DNA of 64,000 nucleotides from Flavobacteriales bacterium. Its GTDB lineage: Bacteria > Bacteroidota > Bacteroidia > Flavobacteriales > BACL11. Position 1 is the first letter of the stretch. Every line of letters starts with the position of its first letter. Of this stretch, positions 18,043 to 29,067 are shown piece after piece. A program made the position numbers and the translations under genes. Below the pieces are notes generated by a model. The model did not search any database, was not told the origin of the DNA, and saw nothing but the letters and a program-made list of their open reading frames with translations. The stretch spans positions 64,220 to 128,219 of the forward strand of contig JACNLP010000042.1 of the NCBI GenBank assembly GCA_014381465.1. Direction: 5' to 3'.

Positions 18043-20151
18043 ATGAAAAAGGTTTTTTCTTCAATTCGTGACAATCACGACTCCATTTTTAAAGCACTAT
18101 TATTTTTTATTACGCTTTTTATTATTGTTTACTTTTTCCCTAGACAAGTAAATTTTAAATACGAATACTCAAAAGGAAAACCTTGGTTACAAGAAACAAT
18201 AATAACTCCTTTTGATTTTTCAATTTTAAAATCTCAGGAGCATTTAAAAAAAGAAATAGAGGAAGTAAAAAAAGAAAATCTACCCATTTTTGTTTTTAAT
18301 GAAGATGTTTTTGAAAAAAAAGGAGTAGAATTTATTGAAAATTTTGAGCAGAAATGGTCGGAAGACAAAAAAATAAAGAAAGATAAAGGATTTACTTTTT
18401 TTAATCTTTTTAAGAAAAAAGAAGAGAAACATTTAACTGCTAAATATACTTTAGCTAATTATGGATTAAGTGTTTTAGATTATCTCTATACAAATGGAAT
18501 AGTACAATTATCTGATGATTTGCAATGGAAAGAGGAGGATTTTCAGTTGCTAGTACAAAAGAAAAATATTGCAGAAAAAAGGACATTAGATAAACTTTTT
18601 ACCATTAATTCTGCTGTGGATTATATTAATTCAATAGGAAAATTATCATCCCAAAAATCGGATTTTATTGTTCCACTTCTTTTGGATGCGATAAATCATA
18701 ATGTGTTTTATGATAAACTAGCAACAGAAAAGATGTTAGCTTACGAATTAGAAAATATTGTAATTTCAAGAGGGATGCTGCAAAAAGGACAAATTGTAAT
18801 TCAAAAAGGAGAATTGATAAATGAAGATAAATTTCAAATATTATCTTCATATCAGAAGGAATTTGAAAATCAGCATTGGAGTAATGCCTCTGTGAATTTT
18901 GTATTGCTTGGGCAAGTACTTTTAGTTTTTGTTGCTTTTTTAATATTTTTCCTTTTTTTAAAACAATACAGGCCTGAGGTGTTGCAGGATAGCACAAAAG
19001 TAACGCTCATTTTATTTTTAATTATTGCTATGATTGTACTTACTTCATTTGTTGTAAAATGGAATGCAAAGTTCTTATATATTATTCCATTTTGTTTTTT
19101 ACCTATTGTTTTAAAAGCATTTTTTGATACGCGTCTAGCACTCTTTACTCACCTTATTACTATTCTGATAATTGGCTTTATTGTGCCTAATGGTTTTGAG
19201 TTTGTGTATCTGCAACTTATTGCAGGAATTGTATCAATCCTAACTGTTTTGCAGATGTACAAACGAGCTCATTTATTTGTGTCAGTCATAAAAATTGTAG
19301 GTATATATTGGCTTACATATTTTGCTTTGGAGATAACTCATGAGGGAAGTATCCTTCATATAAATTGGGTTAACTTTTTATATTTTGCTGGAAGTGGAGT
19401 GCTTACACTTTTTACTTATCCGCTTATTTTTGCTTTTGAAAAAGTATTTTCTTTAGTTTCTGATGTTTCTCTTTTGGAGCTTTCGGATACCAATAGTCCA
19501 CTTTTAAGAAAATTGGCGAATCAGGCGCCTGGTACTTTTCAGCATAGCTTACAAGTAGCTAATTTAGCAGAAGAAGGGATAATTCAGATTGAAGGAAATG
19601 CTTTACTTACAAGGGCAGGGGCACTTTATCATGATATTGGAAAGCTAAAAAGTCCTATGTATTTTATTGAAAATCAAAGCTCAGGACTAAATCCTCATGA
19701 TGAACTTGAGTTTGATGAAAGCACTGATATTATTATTAATCATGTAAGAAACGGGATAGAAATTGCAAATGAATATAATCTACCTGAAGAACTGATTGAT
19801 TTTATACGTACTCACCATGGAACTACTACTGTTCATTATTTTTACAAGCAATTTATTTCCAATTTCCCTGAGGAAGAGGTGGATATTAAAGATTTTACAT
19901 ATCCTGGTCCAAAGCCATTTTCAAAAGAAACTGCTGTACTAATGATGGCAGATTCAGTGGAGGCAGCAGCAAGAAGTTTAAAGAAACCTAATGCAGATAA
20001 TATCAATGATTTGGTGGAAAATATAATAGGCAAACAAATTGATAGTGGGCAATTTGTAAATGCCGATATTACCCTAAAAGAAATTACCCATATAAAGAAA
20101 CTCTACAAAAAGAAATTAGTAAATATCCATCATGCTAGAGTAGAGTATTGA
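18043..20151 (+). CDS. 7TM-HD phosphohydrolase (PgpH-like, HDIG)
   Basis: Extracellular domain, about 7 TM helices, APGTFQHS, YHDIGK, HHGT, MMADSVEAA. Confidence 0.88.
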   Translation: MKKVFSSIRDNHDSIFKALLFFITLFIIVYFFPRQVNFKYEYSKGKPWLQETIITPFDFSILKSQEHLKKEIEEVKKENLPIFVFNEDVFEKKGVEFIENFEQKWSEDKKIKKDKGFTFFNLFKKKEEKHLTAKYTLANYGLSVLDYLYTNGIVQLSDDLQWKEEDFQLLVQKKNIAEKRTLDKLFTINSAVDYINSIGKLSSQKSDFIVPLLLDAINHNVFYDKLATEKMLAYELENIVISRGMLQKGQIVIQKGELINEDKFQILSSYQKEFENQHWSNASVNFVLLGQVLLVFVAFLIFFLFLKQYRPEVLQDSTKVTLILFLIIAMIVLTSFVVKWNAKFLYIIPFCFLPIVLKAFFDTRLALFTHLITILIIGFIVPNGFEFVYLQLIAGIVSILTVLQMYKRAHLFVSVIKIVGIYWLTYFALEITHEGSILHINWVNFLYFAGSGVLTLFTYPLIFAFEKVFSLVSDVSLLELSDTNSPLLRKLANQAPGTFQHSLQVANLAEEGIIQIEGNALLTRAGALYHDIGKLKSPMYFIENQSSGLNPHDELEFDESTDIIINHVRNGIEIANEYNLPEELIDFIRTHHGTTTVHYFYKQFISNFPEEEVDIKDFTYPGPKPFSKETAVLMMADSVEAAARSLKKPNADNINDLVENIIGKQIDSGQFVNADITLKEITHIKKLYKKKLVNIHHARVEY

Positions 20152-20229
20152 TTTAATTACTAAATTGTTTGTTGAGTTGAACAAATCAATGTTATTACTC
20201 ATATTTAATATATGTTAAAGAAGCCCAAC

Positions 20230-21279
20230 CTACATTAAACTACTTTCAATTGCTTTATGATCTGAAAGTTTTTGCTTGTGAGTTGTAAAGGTATTTGTTT
20301 TAAAATCAGGACTATGCAAGATATAGTCAATTCGTAAAAAAGGAATTTTACTAAAAAAAGTGCTACCAAAACCATTTCCCTTATTTAAAAACGAATCTTG
20401 TAATCCTTTCGAGATTTTATGGTACGCAAAGGAGTTTGGCGTATCATTAAAATCACCGCAAACAATAATTTTGTAGGGGGATTTTTCTATATGTTGTTTT
20501 ATCACTTCTACTTGCATGGCTCGTTTCTGGAAAGATTTTTTTAATCTTTTAGCGATTCCAATCACTCCATTTTTTATCGCTTCTTTGCTCATTTCAGGAT
20601 TTTCCATAAAAGCCAAATCACTTTTATCGAACCAATTGGAAGCCAGATGAATATTGTAAACCCTAAAGGTATCTTTTTTAAAAATCATATCCGAAAAAAT
20701 ACAAGTGTTGTTCATTCTCTCTCCTTTTATACTAACTGTTCCTTTATTTATTTGCGGAAACTTGCTGTAAATTGCCATGTGCCACTGGCTTTTTTTATTT
20801 TGCAATCCGATATGCTGAAAAGGATAATCCAATTTTGGCAACTTTTTTGGAGCATAAAACTCCTGAATACAAAGAATATCCGTATTTCTTTTTCTAAATA
20901 AATCAAAAATCTCATTTTTAACTCCATCTTTTTTTATCCAATTGTAGGCATTAAAAAGTCGTACATTATAACTCATTATGCTAAATGTATTTTTATTTTC
21001 ATTTACTGCTTCTGGACTTCCTATTAATGTGCCAATAGAATTCATGCCGATTAAAAGCACTATTAGGTTAGCCCAAAATGGTTTTTTCATTACAATAAGC
21101 CAAAAGGTAAGGAAAAGGATATTTAAAATAAAAAAAACAGGAAACAAAAGACCAAAAAAAGCAATTGGCCAAAAAATACTTGGGCTAACAAAAGGAGCTA
21201 AATAGGAGAGGAGTTGCCCTATTAAAAATAAGGAGTTTATCAGAAAAAGAATCTTATTTATAATAGATAATTTCTTCAA
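20230..21279 (-). CDS. Endonuclease/exonuclease/phosphatase family membrane protein
   Basis: SYNV, CIQE, GDFNDTP, RIDYI, SDH. Confidence 0.88.
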   Translation of the reverse strand: MKKLSIINKILFLINSLFLIGQLLSYLAPFVSPSIFWPIAFFGLLFPVFFILNILFLTFWLIVMKKPFWANLIVLLIGMNSIGTLIGSPEAVNENKNTFSIMSYNVRLFNAYNWIKKDGVKNEIFDLFRKRNTDILCIQEFYAPKKLPKLDYPFQHIGLQNKKSQWHMAIYSKFPQINKGTVSIKGERMNNTCIFSDMIFKKDTFRVYNIHLASNWFDKSDLAFMENPEMSKEAIKNGVIGIAKRLKKSFQKRAMQVEVIKQHIEKSPYKIIVCGDFNDTPNSFAYHKISKGLQDSFLNKGNGFGSTFFSKIPFLRIDYILHSPDFKTNTFTTHKQKLSDHKAIESSLM

Positions 21280-21282
21280 GCT

Positions 21283-22161
21283 TTACTTTTTACTTTCTTT
21301 AAATAAAATATCTTTCTCTTGTTTTGTTAGTCCTTCATAGCCAGATTTAGCAATCTTATCTAAAATCTTATCAATTTTAGCTTGGTTTAGTACTTTTTGA
21401 TTCCTAAAGTCTTGATCTGATTTTCTTCTACTATATGTCTTTCTTAGTTTTGGTTTTCTTGTAAAATAGACAGCCAAATAATCCATTATTTTATTAAAGC
21501 CACTTGCAATATCATTTCCTCCATTTAGTTGCTTTACATACAAATATCCAAAAAATGCACCTCCCAAATGTGCTATATGTCCGCCCGCATTTCCCTTTGG
21601 AATACTTAAAATATCTAAAATAATACTTAAAATAGCGATATGTTTTAATTTTACATTTCCAATAAGAAACAACCTAATAGAATAATTGGGCGATTTGGTA
21701 GCAATAGCCATAATAATAGCCAGCACTGAGGCAGAAGCCCCCATTGCTATAGCATTTGGCAAAGCAGTAGCAAAAACAGGAAAAAGATTAAAGGAAATGA
21801 TAAAAAGAACAGCACCAGATATTCCGCCAAGTACATAAGTGCTTATTAGTTTTTTGTTATCGAAAAAGGAGAGGAAAATTTGACCTCCAAAATAGAGCCA
21901 AAGCATATTAAAAAGTAAATGAATAAAGTTTTTATGCAAAAACATATAACTTATTATGCTCCATGGTTTTGTTATAAAACTTGGGATATTTGCTGGCAGA
22001 GTAAAGTAGTTTAAAAACTCCCATGAATTTACCATAAAAAGAAATGATAAGACACTTAAAACACTAGTAATCAGGAAAGCACCTACATTTATGTAGATGA
22101 GTTTGGTAAGCGAATCTCCTCCCTTAAAGTTCTTTTTTATATCCTCCAATATAGTACTCAT
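21283..22161 (-). CDS. Rhomboid intramembrane serine protease with C-terminal extension
   Basis: HLLFNM, GASA, AHLGG; C-terminal IDKILDKIAKSGY. Confidence 0.9.
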   Translation of the reverse strand: MSTILEDIKKNFKGGDSLTKLIYINVGAFLITSVLSVLSFLFMVNSWEFLNYFTLPANIPSFITKPWSIISYMFLHKNFIHLLFNMLWLYFGGQIFLSFFDNKKLISTYVLGGISGAVLFIISFNLFPVFATALPNAIAMGASASVLAIIMAIATKSPNYSIRLFLIGNVKLKHIAILSIILDILSIPKGNAGGHIAHLGGAFFGYLYVKQLNGGNDIASGFNKIMDYLAVYFTRKPKLRKTYSRRKSDQDFRNQKVLNQAKIDKILDKIAKSGYEGLTKQEKDILFKESKK

Positions 22162-22878
22162 TTAGTAAAAAGTATTTGAGCTTTTACGCCAATATTTTAT
22201 CAAAAGAAAACCAAAAATCATACCTCCCAAATGAGCAAAATGTGCTACATTATCAGCTGGATTATTACTAATTCCAGCATACAATTCTAATAAACCATAA
22301 ATAATTACAAAATACTTTGCCTTGATGGGGAAAGCAAAATAGATATATAAAAGTGCATTGGGGAAAAGCATTCCAAAAGCCAATAACACGCCAAATACTG
22401 CACCAGAAGCACCAACAGTTGGGGTGTGAATTAATTGAGTTAATTTTAAAGAATTTGGATTAGATCGATTATAAAGCCCTTCTTTAGCTAATTCTAAAAT
22501 TTCAGGGATCCCATTGGCGAGTTCAAATATTTGATATTGACTTACTCCTAAATGAATGGCTGCAGCTCCTAATCCTGTAATCATGTAATAAATGAGAAAC
22601 TTCTTAGCTCCCCATACATTTTCTAGCACTTTACCAAACATCCAAAGAGCAAACATATTAAAGAAAAGATGGGTAAAATTACCATGCATAAAAAGATGAG
22701 TAACTAATTGGTGTGGCATAAAATCAGCTGACTGGAATTGGTGAAGTCCGAAAAATCGGTACATATCAAATCCCATACGACCTAAGGTGATGGTTGCTAA
22801 AAAGAATAAGCCATTAATGATTAGTAAATTCTTAACTACTTCTGGTAAATGCCTAAAACTGCTTGGTCTGTAATTCAT
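22162..22878 (-). CDS. Rhomboid intramembrane serine protease
   Basis: HLFFNM, GASGAVFG, AHFAHLGG. Confidence 0.9.
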   Translation of the reverse strand: MNYRPSSFRHLPEVVKNLLIINGLFFLATITLGRMGFDMYRFFGLHQFQSADFMPHQLVTHLFMHGNFTHLFFNMFALWMFGKVLENVWGAKKFLIYYMITGLGAAAIHLGVSQYQIFELANGIPEILELAKEGLYNRSNPNSLKLTQLIHTPTVGASGAVFGVLLAFGMLFPNALLYIYFAFPIKAKYFVIIYGLLELYAGISNNPADNVAHFAHLGGMIFGFLLIKYWRKSSNTFY

Positions 22879-22887
22879 TTAAGGTGT

Positions 22888-24648
22888 TTAAAATTGTTCT
22901 GAAATATCGCTTAAAGCAAGGTTAATAATTATTGGGTTTCCATTAGGACATATATTTGTTATATTACAAACAAACAGGTTATTTACAAGTAAATTTATTT
23001 CTTCTTCCTTTAATTGTTTTCCTTTTTTTATTGCTAAGCTTTTTGCCAACCCTTTTGCAATTTTCTCTTTTGTTGAAACTGTTAAATTTTCATTATTCTT
23101 TTCTTGCTCCAAAATTTCATCAAAAATTATCTCCAAATTTTCTTTAGTACATTCAGTGGGTATTCCGTTTATTTCAACCTTGTTTTCTTCTTTTAACTCA
23201 AATCTAAAGCCTAAATTGTATAAAATTTCCTGCATTTGTTTTATCAATGTAAAATCAGTATTGGAGAAAGTAAGGCTATAAGGAAAAGCCAATTGTTGCG
23301 ACTGAGCCTTTCCTTTTTCTAATAAATTCTTATAATATTCAAAAAGCACCCTTTCATGTGCCCTTTGCTGATGAATAATGACAATACCATTTTCTTGCTC
23401 AAAAAGGATAAACTGATTAGCTATTTGAATCATTTTTTTATTTTCCAACTGAGTTTCCCATTTTACTTCCAACTTTTGCTGACTTGCAATTTCCGTTTCC
23501 CTAATCACATCTCCCCATAAAAAGATTTCGGTAGGATTTTCTTCTTCAAAAGGATTGTAATTAGGATTAACTTTTATAGTTGGTTGTTTATAAGCAGTTC
23601 CTTTTTCTTTTTTAGGGGTATTAAATGTTATTTCCTGATTAAAATCTATAGTTGGAGCTACATTATACTTTCCTAAGGAATGCTTTACTGCTGAACGAAT
23701 TATAGCGTAAATGGATCTTTCATCCTCAAACTTTATTTCCGTTTTTGTAGGATGAATATTAATATCAATCAATTTTGGATCAATATCTAAATACAAAAAA
23801 TAAGAAGGAAAATAATTATCGGGAATTAAGCCTTCATAAGCTTTTTTAACGGCATGATGCAGATAAGCACTTTTGATAAATCGATTATTTACAAAAAAGT
23901 ATTGTTCTCCACGCGTTCGTTTGCAAAATTCAGGCTTTCCTATAAAGCCGCTTAAATCTACCAAAGTTGTTTCTTCCTTAATCGGTACTAATTTCTGATT
24001 ATTTTTTGCTCCAGTAATATTTACAATTCTTTGTCTTTTATTTGATTTTTCTAAATGAAAATGTTCTATATCATCTAAATACAAACTCATATTAATTTCT
24101 GGATTTGCTAAAGCAACTCGGCTAAATTGCTCGATTATATGTTTTGTTTCTACTTTTTCTGATTTTAAGAAATTTCTACGAGCTGGCACATTGTAAAAAA
24201 GATTTTTAATGGAGATACTCGTTCCATTAGCACAGGAGCAATCCTCTTGTTTTTTTAGCTCACTTCCCTCAATTATAATATGTGTTCCTAATTCCTTATC
24301 TATTAGTTTGCTTTTTAACTCAACATGGGAAATTGCCGCCATTGATGCCATAGCTTCTCCTCTAAATCCCATAGTTTTTAGAGCAAACAAATCATCTGCT
24401 TTATTTATTTTTGAAGTTGCATGCCTCTCAAAACTCATACGAGCATCTGTTTGGCTCATTCCACAACCATTATCTACTACTTGTAAAAGGGTTTTTCCAG
24501 CATCTTTTATATAAAGCTTGATATTTGTTGCTCCAGAATCAAGTGCATTTTCCAACATTTCTTTTACAGCAGAAGCTGGGCGAGAGATAACCTCACCAGC
24601 GGCAATTTGGTTTGCTACATGTTCTGGAAGTAGTTGAATAATATCCAA
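22888..24648 (-). CDS. mutL: DNA mismatch repair protein MutL
   Basis: NQIAAGEV, GFRGEA, DINIHPTK, AHER; TTG start. Confidence 0.95.
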   Translation of the reverse strand: MDIIQLLPEHVANQIAAGEVISRPASAVKEMLENALDSGATNIKLYIKDAGKTLLQVVDNGCGMSQTDARMSFERHATSKINKADDLFALKTMGFRGEAMASMAAISHVELKSKLIDKELGTHIIIEGSELKKQEDCSCANGTSISIKNLFYNVPARRNFLKSEKVETKHIIEQFSRVALANPEINMSLYLDDIEHFHLEKSNKRQRIVNITGAKNNQKLVPIKEETTLVDLSGFIGKPEFCKRTRGEQYFFVNNRFIKSAYLHHAVKKAYEGLIPDNYFPSYFLYLDIDPKLIDINIHPTKTEIKFEDERSIYAIIRSAVKHSLGKYNVAPTIDFNQEITFNTPKKEKGTAYKQPTIKVNPNYNPFEEENPTEIFLWGDVIRETEIASQQKLEVKWETQLENKKMIQIANQFILFEQENGIVIIHQQRAHERVLFEYYKNLLEKGKAQSQQLAFPYSLTFSNTDFTLIKQMQEILYNLGFRFELKEENKVEINGIPTECTKENLEIIFDEILEQEKNNENLTVSTKEKIAKGLAKSLAIKKGKQLKEEEINLLVNNLFVCNITNICPNGNPIIINLALSDISEQF

Positions 24649-24658
24649 TTTTCTTTTT

Positions 24659-24901
24659 TTAAAAAGTCAGTATTAAATAGGTCAACAAAAATAATCCAAT
24701 AATGATAATAACTAACCTTTTTGTTCTGTTTCCTTTTGCAATTTGCTTGTTATTTCTTTTAAAAAATAGCCCCTTTGTTCTTTTTCCTGTTTTTTTTAAT
24801 TGTTCCAATTCCTCTTTTCTTTTGTCATAATACCTTGGTTTATAGTCAAATATTTTTGATTTAGGTGTTTTTAAAAAAGATGGTATTCTAGGTGCTATCA
24901 T
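24659..24901 (-). CDS. Small conserved membrane protein upstream of mutL
   Basis: FDYKPRYYD motif plus C-terminal TM helix. Confidence 0.65.
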   Translation of the reverse strand: MIAPRIPSFLKTPKSKIFDYKPRYYDKRKEELEQLKKTGKRTKGLFFKRNNKQIAKGNRTKRLVIIIIGLFLLTYLILTF

Positions 24902-25016
24902 TTTGCAAAATTAAAGAAATATTCATCTTATCAAATAGAAAAAATATTTAATATTGCTGATAATTGACAAATTATATCGTTAGTTAAAAAACATAAATAT
25001 TTATTTTTACCAAAAT

Positions 25017-27941
25017 ATGACAAAACGAGATATTTTAATAGTTTTTTTAGTTATTTTTTTTACAAAATGTGTTTTTTCGCAAGGGTTATGGAAGCCAGTA
25101 TTTCATACAAATGATAATTATTGGGTTGATAGCGTTTTAGCTAATTTATCAGAAGATGAACGCATTGCACAACTTTTTATGGTTGCCACTTATTCCAATA
25201 AAGAAGCTTCTGAAAAAGAGAAAATTTCTGCACTAATAAAAGAGTATAAAATTGGCGGATTGATGTTTTTGCAGGGCAGCCCTACAAAGCAAATAAATCT
25301 TACAAATTATTTCCAATCTATTTCCAAAACTCCACTGATGATTGCCTTAGATGCCGAATGGGGAGTTGCCATGCGACTAGATTCTGTAATGCGATTTCCA
25401 TGGCAGATGACTTTGGGTGCAGTACAAAATGAAGATTTGATTTATAAAATGGGGGTTGAGATTGCAAATCAGTGCAAATTATTGGGTGTGAATATCAATT
25501 TTGCACCAGTTGCGGACATTAACAGTAATCCAAAAAATCCAATTATAGGAAATCGTTCCTTTGGAGAATCAATTCAGAAAGTATCCAGTTTTTCTGCTGC
25601 TTATATGAAGGGAATGCAAGATAATGGTGTTTTGGCTTGTGCTAAGCATTTTCCAGGACATGGCGATACGGATTCTGATTCGCACAAAACTCTTCCTGTT
25701 ATTCGTCATAGTAAATATCATTTAAACAAAATAGAAATAGTGCCATTTAGGCGATTGATTACAAAAGGATTGGGAAGTGTGATGGTAGCTCATTTAAGAA
25801 TTCCAGCCATTGATGTTACCAAAAATTTAGCTTCTTCATTATCTAAAAAAGTAGTAACTAATCTCTTGAAGAAAGAACTTGGTTTCCAAGGGTTAATTTT
25901 TACAGATGCATTAAACATGAAAGGCGTAAGTAAATATTTTGAGGCAGGAGAACTAGATGTGAAAGCACTTCTAGCTGGAAATGACATTTTACTTATGTCA
26001 GAAGATGTGCCGGTAGCAATAGAGAAAATAAAAGAAGCAATTTTAGATGGGAAAATTACGCAAGAGGATATTGATAATAGATGCAGGAAAATATTGATGG
26101 CAAAAAAATGGATGGGGTTAGATGATTTTCAGCAAATAAAGAAGCATAATATAACGGCAAGAATTAATAATTCTGATGCAGAATTAATAAATAGAAATTT
26201 GGTAGAAAATTCGCTCACGCTTTTGCAGAACTATGAAAATATTATTCCACTTGAACGCTTAGATACCCTAAAAATAGCATCTATTACAATAGGAGAAAAA
26301 GGAAGTTATTTTACTCAGATGCTTTCGAATTATTCTCCAATTACCCACTTTACAATTAAGGAAAATCCAACTGCAAAAATGCAGAAAGAATTATTAGACA
26401 AATTAATAGGGTACAACCTAGTAATTATAGGGATTCACAAATCAAATGAAAGCCCTTGGAAAAAACATAAAATTGAAAGAAATACCGATTTATTTTTACA
26501 AACTTTAGCGATACAATCAAAAATAGTAGTTACTTTATTTGCAAACCCTTACACCATAAACGATTTTTTGTTTACTAATAATTTTGATGGATTGATAATG
26601 GCATATCAAAATAGCAAAATTGCACAAGAGTTTGCAGCTCAATCTATTTTTGGGGGTATAGGTTTGAGTGGAAAATTGCCAATTTCTACTCAGCATTATA
26701 AAATAAATTTTGGGGTAAAAACAAATGCTTTTCGCTTAAAATACACTATTCCAAAAGAGGTAGGGATTAGAGAAGATCTTCTATATAAAATTGATAGTTT
26801 AGCAGAAAATGCAATTAAACAAAAGGCAACTCCCGGCTGTCAGATTCTTATTGCAAAAGAGGGGAAAGTATTTTTTCAAAAATCTTACGGACATCATACT
26901 TACGCCAATAAAATTAAAGTAAAAAATTCAGATTTATATGATTTAGCCTCTATTACTAAGATTGCAGCAACTATGCCTATGCTTATGAAAATGCAAGAAG
27001 ATGGAGGTTTTGGTTTGGGTTACAAATTAGGTAAACTTAATCAATATCTTTATCATACAAATAAAGGACATTTAAGGGTAAGAGATGTGTTGGCTCATCA
27101 AGCTGGTTTGCAAGCTTGGATACCTTTTTATAAGCAAACTATTGATAAGGATAATATATTAAGAGACACTCTTTATAGTATTAAATATTCTGAAAAATAT
27201 TCAATAAAAGTAGCTGAAGATTTGTATTTGCACCATTCTTATTCTGATAGTATTTTGTTGCAAATTAGTGAGAGTGAATTATTAGAAAATAAAGAATATC
27301 AGTATTCGGATTTGGGGTATTATTTATTTAAAGATATTATAGAAAAAAAACATAACAAAGCATTAAATCTTTTGGTAGAAGATGAGTTTTATAAGCCATT
27401 GGGCTTAGCTACAATGGGCTATTTGCCAAAGTTAAAATTTAATAAAAACAGAATAATACCAACTGAGAATGATGATTACTTTAGAGATCAACTCCTGATT
27501 GGAGATGTACATGATATGGGAGCAGCAATGCTTGGAGGTGTTGGTGGGCATGCAGGGCTTTTTTCTAATGCCAATGATTTAGCAATTTTAATGCAAATGT
27601 ATTTGCAAAATGGAAGTTATGCTGATAGACAATATCTTTATCAATCCACTATAAAAGAATACACAAAATGTCAGTTTTGCAGAGATGAAAATAGAAGAGG
27701 AGCTGGTTTTGATAAGCCTGCATTACAAAGCCAAGATGGTGGACCAACTTGCAGATGTGTTTCTTATTTAAGTTTTGGGCATTCTGGTTTTACCGGAACA
27801 TTAGCTTGGGCAGATCCTGAAACTAAAATAGTTTATGTATTTTTATCCAATAGAATTCATCCGACAGCCGATAATAAAAAACTACTGGATATGGATGTTA
27901 GAACTAATATTATGCAAGTAATTTTTGATGCAAACCAATAA
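25017..27941 (+). CDS. GH3 beta-N-acetylglucosaminidase fused to a beta-lactamase-fold serine hydrolase
   Basis: KHFPGHGDTDSDSH; DLASITK (SxxK), YSD, FGHSGFTG. Confidence 0.92.
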   Translation: MTKRDILIVFLVIFFTKCVFSQGLWKPVFHTNDNYWVDSVLANLSEDERIAQLFMVATYSNKEASEKEKISALIKEYKIGGLMFLQGSPTKQINLTNYFQSISKTPLMIALDAEWGVAMRLDSVMRFPWQMTLGAVQNEDLIYKMGVEIANQCKLLGVNINFAPVADINSNPKNPIIGNRSFGESIQKVSSFSAAYMKGMQDNGVLACAKHFPGHGDTDSDSHKTLPVIRHSKYHLNKIEIVPFRRLITKGLGSVMVAHLRIPAIDVTKNLASSLSKKVVTNLLKKELGFQGLIFTDALNMKGVSKYFEAGELDVKALLAGNDILLMSEDVPVAIEKIKEAILDGKITQEDIDNRCRKILMAKKWMGLDDFQQIKKHNITARINNSDAELINRNLVENSLTLLQNYENIIPLERLDTLKIASITIGEKGSYFTQMLSNYSPITHFTIKENPTAKMQKELLDKLIGYNLVIIGIHKSNESPWKKHKIERNTDLFLQTLAIQSKIVVTLFANPYTINDFLFTNNFDGLIMAYQNSKIAQEFAAQSIFGGIGLSGKLPISTQHYKINFGVKTNAFRLKYTIPKEVGIREDLLYKIDSLAENAIKQKATPGCQILIAKEGKVFFQKSYGHHTYANKIKVKNSDLYDLASITKIAATMPMLMKMQEDGGFGLGYKLGKLNQYLYHTNKGHLRVRDVLAHQAGLQAWIPFYKQTIDKDNILRDTLYSIKYSEKYSIKVAEDLYLHHSYSDSILLQISESELLENKEYQYSDLGYYLFKDIIEKKHNKALNLLVEDEFYKPLGLATMGYLPKLKFNKNRIIPTENDDYFRDQLLIGDVHDMGAAMLGGVGGHAGLFSNANDLAILMQMYLQNGSYADRQYLYQSTIKEYTKCQFCRDENRRGAGFDKPALQSQDGGPTCRCVSYLSFGHSGFTGTLAWADPETKIVYVFLSNRIHPTADNKKLLDMDVRTNIMQVIFDANQ

Positions 27942-29067
27942 AAAATATAAAATAGGAATTATTTGCTACCCTACTTATGGAGGAAGTGGGGTAGTGGCTA
28001 CTGAGCTTGGTATGGCACTTGCTGAGAAAGGGCATGAAGTACACTTTATTTCCTATAATCAACCATTCCGACTAGATGTTTTTTGTGATAAAATAAGCTT
28101 TCATGAAGTAAGTGTGCCTGATTATCCTTTATTTGAATACATTCCTTACGAACATAACCTTACTGCCAAATTAGTGGATGTGGTTTTGCACGAAAAGTTA
28201 AATTTATTGCATGTTCACTATGCGATTCCTCATGCCTCAGCTGCACTTTCGGCAAAGCAGATTTTAGCATCACAAGGGATTCATATTCCTATTATTACTA
28301 CCTTGCACGGAACAGATATTACCCTCTTAGGAAAAGATAAATCTTTTAAATCAGTGATAGAGTTTGCAATTAATAATTCAGATGTGGTAACGGCTGTTTC
28401 TAAGAGTTTAAAACAGGAAACGCTTGACTCTTTCAATATCAAAAAAGAAATTCAAGTAGTGCCTAATTTTATTGATTCCAGCTTGTATAAGTATGAAAAT
28501 AATCCCAATTTAAGAAGGAGTCTTGCAAAGGATGATGAAAAGATTATTATTCATATTTCTAATTTTAGAAAAGTGAAAAGGGTACAAGATGTGCTGAAAG
28601 TATTTGCAAAAATTAAAAAAGAAATACCTTCTAAATTACTATTAATAGGAGATGGTCCTGAAAGATTAGAAATGGAGGAGTTATGTAGAAACCTAGATTT
28701 ATGCGATCATATTCGTTTTATTGGGAAGCTAAAAGCAGTTGAGAAAATTTTATCTGTTTCCGATCTTTTCCTTTTGCCTTCTGAAACTGAGAGTTTTGGT
28801 TTGGTTGCTTTGGAGGCAATGGCATCTAAAGTTCCAGTTATTTCTACAAATACTGGCGGTTTACCAGAGGTAAATAAAGATGGAAAAACAGGTTTTCTAC
28901 TAAACATGGGAGATGTTGATGGAATGGCTGAAAAGGCCATTTTTCTTTTGAGTAATAAGGATAAATTAAAAGAATTTAAAGAGTGTGCTTACAAACATGC
29001 CATGCAGTTTGATTTACCAAATATCTTACCAATGTATGAAGATATTTATGAGAATTTAAGTAAATGA
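27928..29067 (+). CDS. bshA: N-acetyl-alpha-D-glucosaminyl L-malate synthase
   Basis: CYPTYGGSGVVATELG, HVHYAIPHA, TTLHGTDIT, SNFRKVKR. Confidence 0.95.
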   Translation: MQTNKKYKIGIICYPTYGGSGVVATELGMALAEKGHEVHFISYNQPFRLDVFCDKISFHEVSVPDYPLFEYIPYEHNLTAKLVDVVLHEKLNLLHVHYAIPHASAALSAKQILASQGIHIPIITTLHGTDITLLGKDKSFKSVIEFAINNSDVVTAVSKSLKQETLDSFNIKKEIQVVPNFIDSSLYKYENNPNLRRSLAKDDEKIIIHISNFRKVKRVQDVLKVFAKIKKEIPSKLLLIGDGPERLEMEELCRNLDLCDHIRFIGKLKAVEKILSVSDLFLLPSETESFGLVALEAMASKVPVISTNTGGLPEVNKDGKTGFLLNMGDVDGMAEKAIFLLSNKDKLKEFKECAYKHAMQFDLPNILPMYEDIYENLSK

